A stretch of 64,000 nt of DNA from Stylophora pistillata (taxonomy: Eukaryota). The position numbers and the translations under genes were made by a program. Of this stretch, positions 11,979-24,533 are shown one piece after another. The stretch's first letter is position 1. Every line of letters begins with the position of its first letter. The notes below the pieces were generated by a model. That model ran no database searches and was not told the DNA's origin. It worked only from the letters and a program-made list of their open reading frames with translations. Location: positions 356,283 through 420,282 of the forward strand of contig NW_019217850.1 of NCBI RefSeq assembly GCF_002571385.2. Reading direction: 5' to 3'.

Positions 11979-12508
11979 AGTATAAAACATGGGGGAAAGT
12001 TCAGTGTTGTTTATTACTTTACACTTCTGCTACCAGAAGGTGAAGATCACGACCTCACTTTGAGTATTTACTACAGCGAGATTAACTCAAACTAAATACG
12101 ACTGCATTTCCTGCAGGACCTTAAGAGCTAAGAGCTTTGAATTAAAACCCACAACCAAGAAAGGCCGACTAAACTTGTTTTGAAAGCTGTTTTTTTTTTT
12201 TTCTTTCCCTCTCTTTTTTGTTAACTCTAATCTATAAGCTACTGCGTGACGGAACAGAACGTTCTCGGCTGTCACGCCTGATATGATTGCAACCGGAAGA
12301 TGCCGAAAGGAGGTAAACAAATTTTTATACGATTGATACAACTTCCCTTGCAGCATTAGTCATGCTTAAATAAAGCTTCCAGGTGCAGCTATCATCATGA
12401 GTAGGACCCATGTAAAGCTGAAAGTCCTCCAGTTTTCCGTTTCATTTCCAAGTGAAAGTGGTCGAAGAAGGACGCCCTACTGACTGTTGACTCCCACGTA
12501 AAATGGCG
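11665..12508 (+). promoter_or_regulatory. Putative promoter of ETS-3 with tandem ETS sites
   Basis: ACATCCGGTTTCCAGCTTCCGGCTTCCGG at 11668-11696 and ACCGGAAG at 12292. Confidence 0.5.
11946..11977. repeat. (CA)n microsatellite; paralogous tract at 18861-18897
   Basis: Seen directly. Confidence 0.95.
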
Positions 12509-13852
12509 TCCCAAACAGCAGGTAGATTTTTTTTTTATTTCTTGATTTCTTACTTCCAAAACAAGTTATCGAGTCCGGGCTGTGGGTTACTTATGTTTAT
12601 AATTTTTTAGCTATGTCGATGAATTATTTAAGAATTTCCTCGTTAGCTTGTCTTAGTCGAGAGAGAGAATATAAATAGTAAATTATTGACTCAACAATCA
12701 TAGCACTGAGTACAACGCCTGGTGGGCGGTGAGTTGTCTAAAATTAGTATTTTGTAGACCGATTACCTAAGAACAGCAAGTGAAATGACATCCTCCACAT
12801 GGAGAGAGACTCTTTCGATGCTAACAAAGTCACTATAAACGATAAATGAGAAAAAAAAATTGAAACAGCTTTCCCTCTAACGTTGGGTGGGCACTCATGG
12901 CTGGTTGATATAATATCATCATAATAATAACAAATATTGGAAAACAAAATCAAAAGAATATTTTCTCAAAAATTTGAACTAACAGACAGAGAGCTGTTGC
13001 TTCCAAATGGTGCTATCTTCTCGTTTCGTTGTTTAAATTTCAGTCGAAATTTTGAGACACCGAGCTGTGTCTCGAGTTAAGCGACAAAACAGTTCTTTAT
13101 CGTTTGTATAATTCGCTTGTTGAGTTATATTATTCACCATACACACTAATTTTTTGCTTGAGTTGTAAACAGATAATTAAGAGGTTAGCGCCTTTTATTT
13201 GAGGATCACACTAACACAAGACAAAATAAACCTTCAATTATGTAGAGCACCAACCAAACCTACCGAGCGGAAGCAAGAGCGAGCTCAGCCAACATTTCTA
13301 TAGTTTCAATTCAAATTTACAACTGTTTTATTGTTCATTTTAAAAGTAAATTACAATAATGACCAAAGATCTAATGACCAATTTCTCAGAACTGAGTGTT
13401 CACAGATGCAAATCTACATTTTAGACCAAGGATTCTACCCTCGTAAGACTCACGAACTCATTGTAATAGGACAAAATTGTTAGTTTGGCCATGGAGCTCC
13501 ACCATTCTTTAATGAACTTTCTTCGCTGTCCTCAGGTGTGATCAATGGCTAATGAAAGTATATTATTCTGAAGAACTGTGGCGTTTTATCAAATTAAAGT
13601 TGCACTCATCATAGAGAAAAAAAGAAAAAAAGATTTTATCAGTCTTGTGCACGGGTACCTCAAAGATAAGCCCCTGGAGAATGAAATCAATAGAGATGAC
13701 AACTCATCCTGCTGAAGGAAACCAAAAGCATGACTCATGCGAGGAACTCTTGTTGCAGTTTAAATAGTGATTGTGCAGCTCTCGTAAGAAATAAGATTGA
13801 GATATTTTGGTAGAGTTGAGAAGCATTATGTTTTGTTTCATCGGTAATCCCT

Positions 13853-13893
<41 letters not shown>

Positions 13894-16800
13894 AGGTTAA
13901 ATCCTGCCGGCAATAAACAAAAGTATTACTGTGGTAACAGTAATAGTTAAGTTTTGAAAAGCATCCATATCAAGTTCGTTTCATTATCTTTGGTATCGTG
14001 GTTTAGTTTCAGTATCTTATGAAATATTCAAAGCGTAAAAGAAGGTGTTCACGAAGAGCTATATCCTCTCCCGATGAGGAACAGGTGTAGCTGGAGGAAA
14101 TGAAGTCTCTAGAAAGAACAACATTTTCAATACGAGCAAATCTAAATAAGCTTACAGTTTCTTTGTGAGATTTAACACGTTTGTGACGGCATAGAATGAG
14201 ATAACTTTCCTTAAAGTTAACAACAGAAAGTGTTTGGTGCAAGGCAAGCTATTTTGAGTTGAACATGCAAATTTTGTGGTTTTTGATCGAAGAGAACTGA
14301 GTTGTTTATTGTGGAGAAGTGTGTTCAGCATAATGATCGTTTGTCTCCAGTAATGAAGACCTGCCGTGAAGGTAATGATGATGATGATAATAGCGTTACA
14401 AACGAATAAAAGGCAAATTTGTTTTGCAGCAATATTATGATCATTTTCAGTTTTCTCACTGACATTTACACTATGTTCTTATGAGCTCGCCATTATCACT
14501 CAATGATCTGTAGAAATCTACTTCGTCTAAAATACATGCTTCTCTCATTGAGTCAAATAAATTTTGTAGAGAAAGTTGGAAGTTGGGCTCATCGACGCAA
14601 GCTTAACGAAACATTTGTTGTATGTATTTAATTTTGGATCTCTTCAACAGGTGTAAAACTGCATAAGTTGTCATCTTTAGTCATTGTCGATCTTTCTTTC
14701 AAGCAGATGGCTCTTAACTGTATGTTCAGGGCTTTAAGAGGAGGCTTCTAAGCAGTTGAATAGTTAGGAAACTAGTACCCTCTTAAACCTAAGAACTAAA
14801 AATGGGGTTCAGGTTTAGTTTGAAAGGACTTTGAGCTGTACTTCGCGAAATTTCGAAACAGATGGGATCTTACTGACTCCATCTTTAACGTGGAGGACTG
14901 AAGGACCGAGTTTTAATCTTTCACAATTATCTACTAAAGCTTCATTATAGGGATATATGGTGCGATAGCAGAAAGGGGTGTAGTTTCTTTCTACTTTAGA
15001 ACGTATTCAACTCAGTTTTAGTGTCCATTTGAAACATAAAAGCTTTCAAAAGGTGCAGCGTTAGAATTCAAAAAGCGACAACATGTATGATATTAAAATA
15101 ACTCTTTCTTTCTCTTCTCTATATTTTAACAAACCAATGCTATGAAAGTACAGGGTAAAGAGACAGATCTAGAAATCGAGGTGACAGACGAATCAAACAA
15201 CGGAGGCAAACACTCACAAGTCAAAAAACATCGTCGCAAGAACGTCATCCACCTGTGGGAATTTTTGTTGGAGCTTCTCGCCAACGACAATTTGTGTACC
15301 ATAATCTGCTGGAGCAGGAGAGAGTTGAACGAGTTTCAGCTCAAAAGACCCGAAGAAGTGGCAAGAAGATGGGGTCTGCTACGAAAACGGAAAGGAATGA
15401 ATTATNNNNNNNNNNNNNNNNNNNNNNNNNNNNNNNNNNNNNNNNNNNNNNNNNNNNNNNNNNNNNNNNNNNNNNNNNNNNNNNNNNNNNNNNNNNNNNN
15501 NNNNNNNNNNNNNNNNNNNNNNNNNNNNNNNNNNNNNNNNNNNNNNNNNNNNNNNNNNNNNNNNNNNNNNNNNNNNNNNNNNNNNNNNNNNNNNNNNNNN
15601 NNNNNNNNNNNNNNNNNNNNNNNNNNNNNNNNNNNNNNNNNNNNNNNNNNNNNNNNNNNNNNNNNNNNNNNNNNNNNNNNNNNNNNNNNNNNNNNNNNNN
15701 NNNNNNNNNNNNNNNNNNNNNNNNNNNNNNNNNNNNNNNNNNNNNNNNNNNNNNNNNNNNNNNNNNNNNNNNNNNNNNNNNNNNNNNNNNNNNNNNNNNN
15801 NNNNNNNNNNNNNNNNNNNNNNNNNNNNNNNNNNNNNNNNNNNNNNNNNNNNNNNNNNNNNNNNNNNNNNNNNNNNNNNNNNNNNNNNNNNNNNNNNNNN
15901 NNNNNNNNNNNNNNNNNNNNNNNNNNNNNNNNNNNNNNNNNNNNNNNNNNNNNNNNNNNNNNNNNNNNNNNNNNNNNNNNNNNNNNNNNNNNNNNNNNNN
16001 NNNNNNNNNNNNNNNNNNNNNNNNNNNNNNNNNNNNNNNNNNNNNNNNNNNNNNNNNNNNNNNNNNNNNNNNNNNNNNNNNNNNNNNNNNNNNNNNNNNN
16101 NNNNNNNNNNNNNNNNNNNNNNNNNNNNNNNNNNNNNNNNNNNNNNNNNNNNNNNNNNNNNNNNNNNNNNNNNNNNNNNNNNNNNNNNNNNNNNNNNNNN
16201 NNNNNNNNNNNNNNNNNNNNNNNNNNNNNNNNNNNNNNNNNNNNNNNNNNNNNNNNNNNNNNNNNNNNNNNNAGCTTTCGCCGATCAACGGTATCATCAG
16301 GGATAAGAAAATATTCCGGGCGCGCTGTATATATATAAAAAGAGTGTGTGGTGAAATGTGTAAAAAATGTGACTATGTGGCATGAAAGAATGGTTTTCAG
16401 TCACTAGCTGAGGATTTAAGTCGTTTATGGCCATCTATTTCATAATTCATCATATTGATCATTTATTTTCATGTTCTCGTAGGTTCCTGGCCAGCGGTTT
16501 ACCTACAAGTTCGACAAACTACCTTACAGATACCATCCAGAAGTTTCACAGCCAAGAAATCAAGATTGCAAATTGACTTCGTGGGACCAAGAACAAAAGC
16601 AAATATTGTCTGATAAATCTACATCCTATTTAAGTAAACAATCAGTATTCTCGTCTTCATTTGAGCAGTCAACACTGTCACGTGCCCACATCCCTTTGGG
16701 AAAGAGTATCATCCCCTCTCTCATACCCAGTGCTGCGCAGTCAACACAAATAAGTCAAGTATCAGTCCAACAGCTTTCTCCTCAAATATGTATACTGAGT

Positions 16801-16926
16801 AAAATAGCATTGAAAGCTACTGCTCCTTCACTCTTTCCAGAGCGAGATCTTCTGAATTGTACGACTAACTCTATTCCTGTGTCAGTTATTAAACGATCGC
16901 CTCCAATCCATCATGCTGATGAATAA
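12503..16926 (+). CDS. ETS-3: near-identical paralog of ETS-2; exons 12503-12521, 15149-(gap at 15406), 16483-16926
   Basis: Same micro-exon. ETS exon identical to ETS-2 up to the N gap. Last exon intact with few substitutions (VPGQRFTYKF...SIPVSVIKRSPPIHHADE*). Confidence 0.78.
15406..16272. other. Assembly gap (867 N) hiding the recognition helix and most of intron 2 of ETS-3
   Basis: Run of N. ORFs crossing it in the track are artefacts. Confidence 0.99.
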
Positions 16927-17246
16927 AATGTTAATTGTATGATGGGTTCCTTTTCTTGTCATTTATGCAACTCTCAAAGATCACCTGAAAGCTTGTTCTA
17001 AAAGTCAATCATCAAAGGTAACATACACCAGGATGACGAGGGGTTAACACTCGAAACGTCTTTCTAGAAACACTCTGCGGTGGCCACTGAATTCTAATCA
17101 TCAACTCAGTTGATTGAGCCAACTTATCTTGTAAGACTTTCTACCAACGCAGCACCAAAGCATCTTTAGAAGCTACCCATCATTTATACACAGGGATGAC
17201 TTTTACCGTCAGCTCTTTTGGGCAATAGATTGCCCATCTATTAAAC

Positions 17247-17563
17247 CAGGGGTGGATCCAGGAATTTTTTATTGGGGGGATCCAAACTTTGGTTCAGAAA
17301 GGACTGTTGGATTCTTTTGAGCCGGGTATATTACTTCTCCCCCCACACCCCCCACACCCTCTCCCACCAGTCGCGGTTGCACGTTATAATTCCTTGGCCG
17401 CTTACCGTTTACTTGGATTCATTAATTTCAAAAATCGGCCAGTTATAAAGTCATATACGATCTTGCGGATGTAAGAATTTCATTTTCAAAGTTGTAAGCG
17501 TCAGGTCTGATAGGGGGGGGGAGGGGTCCGGATCCCCGGACCCTTCCCCTGGATCCGCCACTG
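17247..17563. mobile_element. 317-bp MITE with CAG-terminal TIRs and 5-bp TSD TAAAC
   Basis: CAGGGGTGGATCCAGG ... CCTGGATCCGCCACTG. TAAAC at 17242-17246 and 17564-17568. Absent from the paralogous site at ~10665. Confidence 0.85.
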
Positions 17564-18489
17564 TAAACAACTCTTCATATTTAAAGCCATAACTGTTTCA
17601 GTAAGATGTGACCCTCTACAATTAAACATACCCTAAGGTGAACCATAGTTAATCGAGGGGTGAACACACGGCACGGTAAAATGACACGCTAAACAATAAG
17701 CAGTGAGCGGACGTGCCCAATGGGACGATTGATTAAAGTTTTTCCTTTGTTTTTATGGCACGATCTAAACAAAAGCTCGCGTATGCTATAATGGATAATC
17801 GAATAAAGAATGAGATGGTAAATTTATAATTCGGTCATTAAATAAAAGAAGTTTCTCGATAAAGAATCAAAGCAAACTTTTTTTAAAATTCTGCGCTCCG
17901 ACGCTCCGCCACAGAGCAATGGAGAACTTCATACCACCCTCACAATGCCTTCAACATTGCCGACCTTTGCACTACGTATAGTGCCTGCCACATATAAACC
18001 AAATAAGCTCTGTTTAGAGTAAATGTAGCTAACAGCCTCGGAGCGTAGACTCCGAGGTCTGAGACTCGAATCTTTGGGGCACCTAAGATCTTTTAGCGTT
18101 TATCCCACGCTCGTGAAAAGAAAAAACACATCTTTGTGAATACAAAATCAAGAGATAATTAACTCAATTCATTCAAGATATAATATCGTGGTCATAAGTT
18201 ACTACTTTCCGCCTGAAGAAGCGCAATATCAATTTAATTCAAGTCAAAATCATTTGAACTTCAAACTATAGGTATGTAGAGAATGATTAGCAATTACTTT
18301 CCCACTTTTTTCTAGCTGCGATTTTCACTCTTCCCCACCAAAAGGAACGTGGCACTAACAACCTTACTTTGCATTGTTAGTTGGATGATTTCTTCAAGAT
18401 AAAGAAAAACCGCTTCGCAGCATGTTTTAGTATTTTATAAGGGAGCTTGTTACACTGTGCTTCACTTAAAAATCACGATAAACAGGAAA

Positions 18490-18856
18490 CTTGTGCTTCC
18501 GGAAGGATACACAAATGCTGAAGAACCTTTGGTATGAGTTTCACAATTGTTATTCACTTTCAAAGGCAATTTGAATAAAACAACATCCGGTTTCCAGCTT
18601 CCGGCTTCCGGTCCTAATCATTGGCTTCTTTCGGCTCTAACTCTTTTTTTTTTTTCTCTTCCACTGTTCAAAATGATTCAAAGCCAGTTAATACTTGGAA
18701 AAAGTTCATTTTCTTTTCTTTTTCCTGAGAATGTCCCTTTCGATGCTCGAAGATAACCCGGTCAGGACACTCTCAGGACTAAGGACATTGCGGTGTTGAA
18801 AAGCGCCTTGAGGTGAAAATTATAACCAGCTTTTCTAGGCGATACCCATCAGTCAA

Positions 18857-18899
<43 letters not shown>

Positions 18900-19435
18900 A
18901 GTATAAAACATGGGGGAAAGTTCAGTGTTGTTTATTACTTTACACTTCTGCTACCAGAAGGTGAAGATCACGACCTCCCAGTTGAGTATTTACTACAGCG
19001 AGATTAACTCAAACTAAATACGACTGCATTTCCTGCAGGGCCTTAAGAGCTGATAGCTTTGAATTAAATCCCACAATCGATAAAAGCCGATTAAACTTCT
19101 TTTGAAAGCTGTTGTTTTTCTTTTCTTTCCCTTTTTTTTTTTTTGATAACTATAATTCATAACCTACTGCGTGACGGAACAGAACGTTCTCGGCTGTCAC
19201 GCCTGATATGATTCCAACCGGAAGATGTCGAGAGGAAGTGAATAAATTTTTATACACATTGATAGTACTTACCTTGCAGCATTAGTCATGTTTATAAAAG
19301 CTTCCAGGTGCAGCTATCATTATGAGTAGAACCCATGTAAAGCCGAAAGTCCTCCAGTTTTCCGTTTCATTTCCAAGTGAAAGTGTTCGAATAACCGGAC
19401 GCCCAACTGACTGTTGACTCCCACGCAAAATGGCG
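18490..19435 (+). promoter_or_regulatory. Putative promoter of ETS-4 with tandem ETS sites
   Basis: Palindromic CTTCCGGAAG (~18496), triple CCGGA block (~18583-18611), ACCGGAAG and AGAGGAAGT (~19217-19239). Confidence 0.45.
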
Positions 19436-22400
19436 TCACAAACAGCAGGTAGACTGTTCTTTTATTTTTTGATTTCTCACTTCCAAAACAAGTTATTGAG
19501 CCCGAGCTGTGGGTTACTTATGTTCATAATTTTTTACCTATATCGATGAATTATTTCAGATTTTACTCGGTAGGTCGTCTTAGCCGAGAAAGAGAATGTA
19601 AATAGTAAAGTATTGACTCAATACTGGTGGGCGATGACTTGTCTAAAATTAGTAACCGATTACCTAAGAACAGCAAGCGAAATGGCATCCTCCACATGGA
19701 GACTCTTTCGATGCTAACAAAGTCACTATAAACGATTAATGAGAAAGCTTTCCCCCTAATGTTGCGTGGACACGCATGGCTGGTTGATATAATATCATAA
19801 TTATAATAACAAATGTTGGAAACCACAACCAAAAGAATATTTTCTCAAAAATTTGAACAAACAGAGAGCTGTTGCTTCTAAATGGTGCTACCTTCTCGTT
19901 TCGTTTAAAGTTAAGTCGAAAGTTTGAGACTAAGTGTCACGAAGCTGTGTCTCGAGTTAAGCGACACAACAGTTCTTTATCATTTGTATAATTCGCTTGT
20001 TGAGTTATATCATTCACCATACATACTAATTTTTTGCTTGAGTTGTAAACAGATAAGAGGTTAGCGCCATTTATTTGGGATCACACTAACACAAGACAAC
20101 ATAAACCTTCAATTATGTAGAGCACCAACTAAACATACCGAGCGGAAGCAAGAGCGAACTCAGCCAACATTTCTATAGTTTCAATTCAAATTTACAATGT
20201 TTTATTGTTCATTTTAAAAGTAAATTACAATAATGACCAAAGATCTAATGACCATTTTCTCAGAACTGAGGTATCACAGATGCAAATCTAGATTTTAGAT
20301 TAAGGATTCTACCCTCGTAAGACTCACGAATTCATTGTAATAGGAAAAAAGTGTTAGTTTGGAGGTCCACCATTCTTTAATGAACTTTGTTCGCTGTCCA
20401 CGGCTGTGATCAATGGCTAATGAAAGTATATAATTCTGAAGAACTATGGCGTTTGATCAAAGTTACACTCATTAGAGAGAAACAAAGAAAAAAAGATTTT
20501 ATCTGTCTTGTGCACAAGTAACTAAAAAATAAACCCCTGGAGAATGAAATTAGTAGAGATGACGACTCATCCTGCGGAGAGAAACCAAAAGGATGACTCA
20601 TGCCAGGCTCTTTTGTTGCAGTGCAGTTTAAATAGTGATTGTGCAGCTCTCGTATGAAATAAGATTGAGATATTATGGTAGAGTTGAGATGCATTATGTT
20701 TTATTTCCTCGGTAATCCCTGTCTATTTTTTTTTGGAGGTTGAATCGTGCAATAAACAAAAGTATTATTGTGGTAACAGTTTAATAGTTAAGTTTTGAAA
20801 AGTATCCATATCAAGTTCGTTTCATTATCTTTGATATCATGGTTTAGGTTCAGTATCTTATGAAATATTCAAAGCGTAAAAAAAAGGTGTTCACGAAGAG
20901 CTATATCCTCTCCTGAAGAGGAACAGGTGTACCAGGAGCAAATGAAGCCTCTAGAAAGAACAACATTTTCAATACGAGCAAATCTAAATAAGCTTACAAT
21001 TTCTTTGTGAGACTTAACAGGTTTGTGACGGCATAGAATAAGATAATTTTTCTTAAAGTTAATTACACTCCGAAAGCGTTTGATGTAAGGCAAGCTATCC
21101 TGAGTTGAACAGGCAAATTTTGTGGTTGTTGATCGAAGAGAAATGAGTTGTTTATTGTGGAGAAGTGTGTTCAGCATAATAATCGTTTGTCTCCTGTAAT
21201 GAAGACCTGCCGTGAAGGTAATGATGATGACGATAATAACGTTATAAACGAATAAAAGGCAAATTTGTTTGCAACAATATCATGATTATTTTCAGTTTTC
21301 TCACTGACATTTACACTATGTTCTGATGAGTTCGTCATTATCGCTCAATAATCTGTAGAAATCTACTTCGTCTAAAATAGATGCTTCTCTCATTGAGTCA
21401 AATAAATTTTATAGAGAAAGTTGGAAGTTGGACTCGTCGACGCAAGCTTAACGAAACATTTGTTGTATTTATTTAAGTTTGGATCTCTTCAACAGGTGTA
21501 AAACTGCGTCAATTGTCATCTTTAGTCATTTTCGATCTTTCTTTCAAGCAGATGGCTCTTAACTGTATGTTCAGGGCTTTTATAGCAAGCTTCGTTGGAG
21601 TTGAATAGTTAGGAAACTAGTACCCTCTTAAACCTGAGAACTAAAACTGGGGTTAAGGTTTGGTTTGAAAGAACTTTGAGCTGTACTTCGGGAAATTTCG
21701 AAACAGATTGCCGGATCTTCCTCTCCACCTTGAAAGTGGAGGACTGAAGGACCGAGTTTTAATCTTTCACAATCATCTACTAAAGGTTCATTATAGGGAT
21801 ATATGGTGCGATAGCAGAAAGGGGTGTACTTGCTTTCTACTTTAGAACGTATTCAACTCAGTTTTAGTGTCCATTTGAAACATAAAAGCTTTCAAAAGAA
21901 ACAGTGTTAGGATTCAAAAGGCGACAAAATATATGTTATTAACATAACTCTTTCTTTCTCTTCTCTGTATTTCAACAAACCACTGCTATGAAAGTACAGG
22001 GTACAGAGACAGATCTAGAAATCGCGGTGGCATACGAATCAAACAACGGAGGTAAACATTCAGAAGTCAAAAAACATCGTCGCAAGAACGTTATCCACCT
22101 GTGGGAATTTTTGTTGGAGCTTATCGCCAAGGACAATTTGTGTACCATAATCTGCTGGAGCAGGAGAGAGTTGAAAGAGTTTCAGGTCAAAAGACCCGAG
22201 GAAGTCTCAAGAAGATGGGGTCTGCTACGAAAACGGAAAGGAATGAATTATGAAAAACTCAGTCGCGCTTTACGATTCTATTATGGCAAGGGAATTATTC
22301 AAAAGGTTGGTACTGTCATTTACTGAGAGATAGATTCACTTACTTTAAGCTAGGTAACCCAAGTTTACTCACTGTTGTTATGTAAAGCTGGCGAAAGCCA

Positions 22401-23780
22401 TCTGACTAAAGAACCGGAAGTTGAAAAAATGGAAGTGGCAAAGCCCAGCAATTATTTCTGGCACAACCTAAGTATAGTCCTTGAAGAGCAAAATTATTTC
22501 TGCCACAACCTAACTATAGTCCTTGAAAAGCAAAATTATTTCTGCCACAACCTAACTATAGTCCTTGAAAAGCAAAATTATTTCTGCCACAACCTAACTA
22601 TAGTCCTTGAGAAGTATGAAGAGATGCATTGCATTGTGCCATTTTAGCAATGTACCGATGTATTGTGCATTCCATTGTGCCATCTCATGCTCATAAGAGC
22701 GTTTTTACTGTCAGTTATTGTTGTCTGTGTCAAAGCTGTGCATTTCATTACCATCTTATTCTCGCTACTGCTCAATTTAAGTCTTTAAAATGCAGTGTAC
22801 GGTTGAAGTTTTAGAGAGTACATATGCTTTTCCATTTGTCGTATGTTTGAAGAATCTTACTGCATATACTAGATTGTACATGGTTTCTGCCAGTTGGCAT
22901 GCATGGTGTTTGGTAAAATTATGGTGCAATGACTTTCTTATCATATAGACATTTCCAAGTGTTTCTTCTAGTGTAATAATTTTTGCGTTTGCTACTTGAG
23001 TTGATTCATGAATCTTATCGGGGTTGGTTGGTTGTAGTAATCTTGGTGTTTGCTACTTGAGTTCATAGATCTTATCGTCACGTTGGTTGGTTGGTTATAA
23101 TAATTTTGTCGTTTGCTACTTGAGTTCTGGATCATATCGTGGTTGGTTGGTTTTAATGATTTTGGTGTTTGCTACTTGGCCTCTTGGATCGTATTTAGGT
23201 TGACATGATGAAAATTGTTTCATAGGTTGATTTAAAATTAAGTAAATTAGACTTCGATCGTCTTCGTACACATTTTGAAACGAACTCTCAAGACAGCTAT
23301 CGTAAGTAAATTTATGGTGAAGTTATTATTGTGACATAAAGGAATGGTTTTCAATCACAAGCTGAGGATATCAGTCGTTTCTGGCCATCTATTTCATAAT
23401 TCATCTATAGATTATTTAATTTCATGTTCTCGTAGGTTCCTGGCCAGCAGTTTACGTACAAGTTCGATAAACTACTTTACAGATACGAGCCAGAAGTTTC
23501 ACAAGCAAGAAATAAAGATTCCAAATTGAGTTCGTGCGACCAAGAACAAAACGAAGTATTTTTGATAAATCTACGTCCTGTTTCTGTAAACAATCGGTAT
23601 TCTCGTCTTCATTTGAGCAGTCAACACTGTCACGTGTCCACATCCCTCTGGGAAAGAGTATCATCCCCTCTCTCATACCCAGTGCTGCGCAGTCAACACA
23701 AATAAGTCAAGTCAGTATCAGCCCGACAGCTTTCTCCTCAAATGTGTATACTGAGTAAAATAACATTGAAAGCTAGTGCT
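19430..23780 (+). pseudogene. ETS-4: paralog with intact ETS domain but frameshifted, truncated last exon; exons 19430-19448, 21995-22305, 23436-23705 (premature stop)
   Basis: ETS exon and splice sites intact. A 1-nt deletion near 23555-23563 relative to ETS-2 shifts the frame to TAA at 23703-23705. A second indel lies near 23711. At ~23780 the sequence jumps to DNA homologous to ~18490, removing the original C-terminus and 3' UTR. It could be a truncated protein-coding gene instead. Confidence 0.7.
22448..22612. repeat. 42-bp minisatellite (~4 units) in ETS-4 intron 2; ~2 units at ~7203-7283
   Basis: gcaaaattatttctgccacaacctaactatagtccttgaaaa repeated. Confidence 0.9.
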
Positions 23781-24533
23781 TGTGCTTCCGGAAGGATAGA
23801 CAACTGCTGCAGAACCTTTGGTATGAGTTTCACAATTGTTATTCACTTCCAAAGGCAATTTGAATGAAACAACATCCGGTGTCCAGCTTCCGGCTTCCGG
23901 TCCTATTTATTGTTTTTTTTCGGCTCTAAATCTTTTTCTTTCTCTTTCACTGTTCAAAAGGATTCAAAGCCAAATAATACTTGGAAAAAGTTCATTATAT
24001 TTTCTTTTACCTCAGAATATCCCTTTCACTGCTCGAAGATCACTCGGTCAGGACACTGCGCTATTGAAAAGCGCCTTAAGGTGAAGATCACGACCTCCGA
24101 GACCGTGCAAATATTTCGGTTCGGTAAGATTCCCAATAAACAAATATGAAAACCATACCAGAAAAACAAATCTTTCATAATAATTTGAAGGTCAAGTTGA
24201 AGAAAAGCCATCTTATTTCTGCGATTTATTTTATAACCTTCTGGATGACAAAATTTTCTCGTCTATCACGCCGTGTTTGCTACCGGAAGTCCCTGGAGGA
24301 AAATAATACCGTCAAATTTCGAGAGGAAGTATATATATTCCTTTTTTTAGACCATGAAACTTCCTTTGTTGTTAGTCATGGTTAAATAGAGCTGCAAGAT
24401 GCAAATATCGTTAACTGAAATTAAATATGCAGAGCTGAAACTTCTTCCTCAGCTGTAGTCCGTTTCGTTTCCATGTGAAAGTGAGTGAGGAACGACACCC
24501 CCTTGGGACGGTAGAGGGTCAGCCGAAATGGCG
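23780..24533 (+). promoter_or_regulatory. Putative promoter of ETS-5 with ETS sites
   Basis: CTTCCGGAAG (~23785), triple CCGGA block (~23872-23901), perfect ACCGGAAGT at 24282 and AGAGGAAGT at 24322. Confidence 0.5.

Noticed and set aside
15142-16385. Long 318-398 aa ORFs in the track
   Set aside because: They only read through the N gap.
22375-22647. Repeat-protein ORF or CRISPR-like array
   Set aside because: It is an intronic head-to-tail 42-bp minisatellite with no spacers, in a eukaryotic context.
24170-24200. Match (atctttcat...ttgaaggtcaagttg) to the ETS-6 exon start at ~32173-32200
   Set aside because: Only 15+9 nt with no extension, so chance cannot be excluded.
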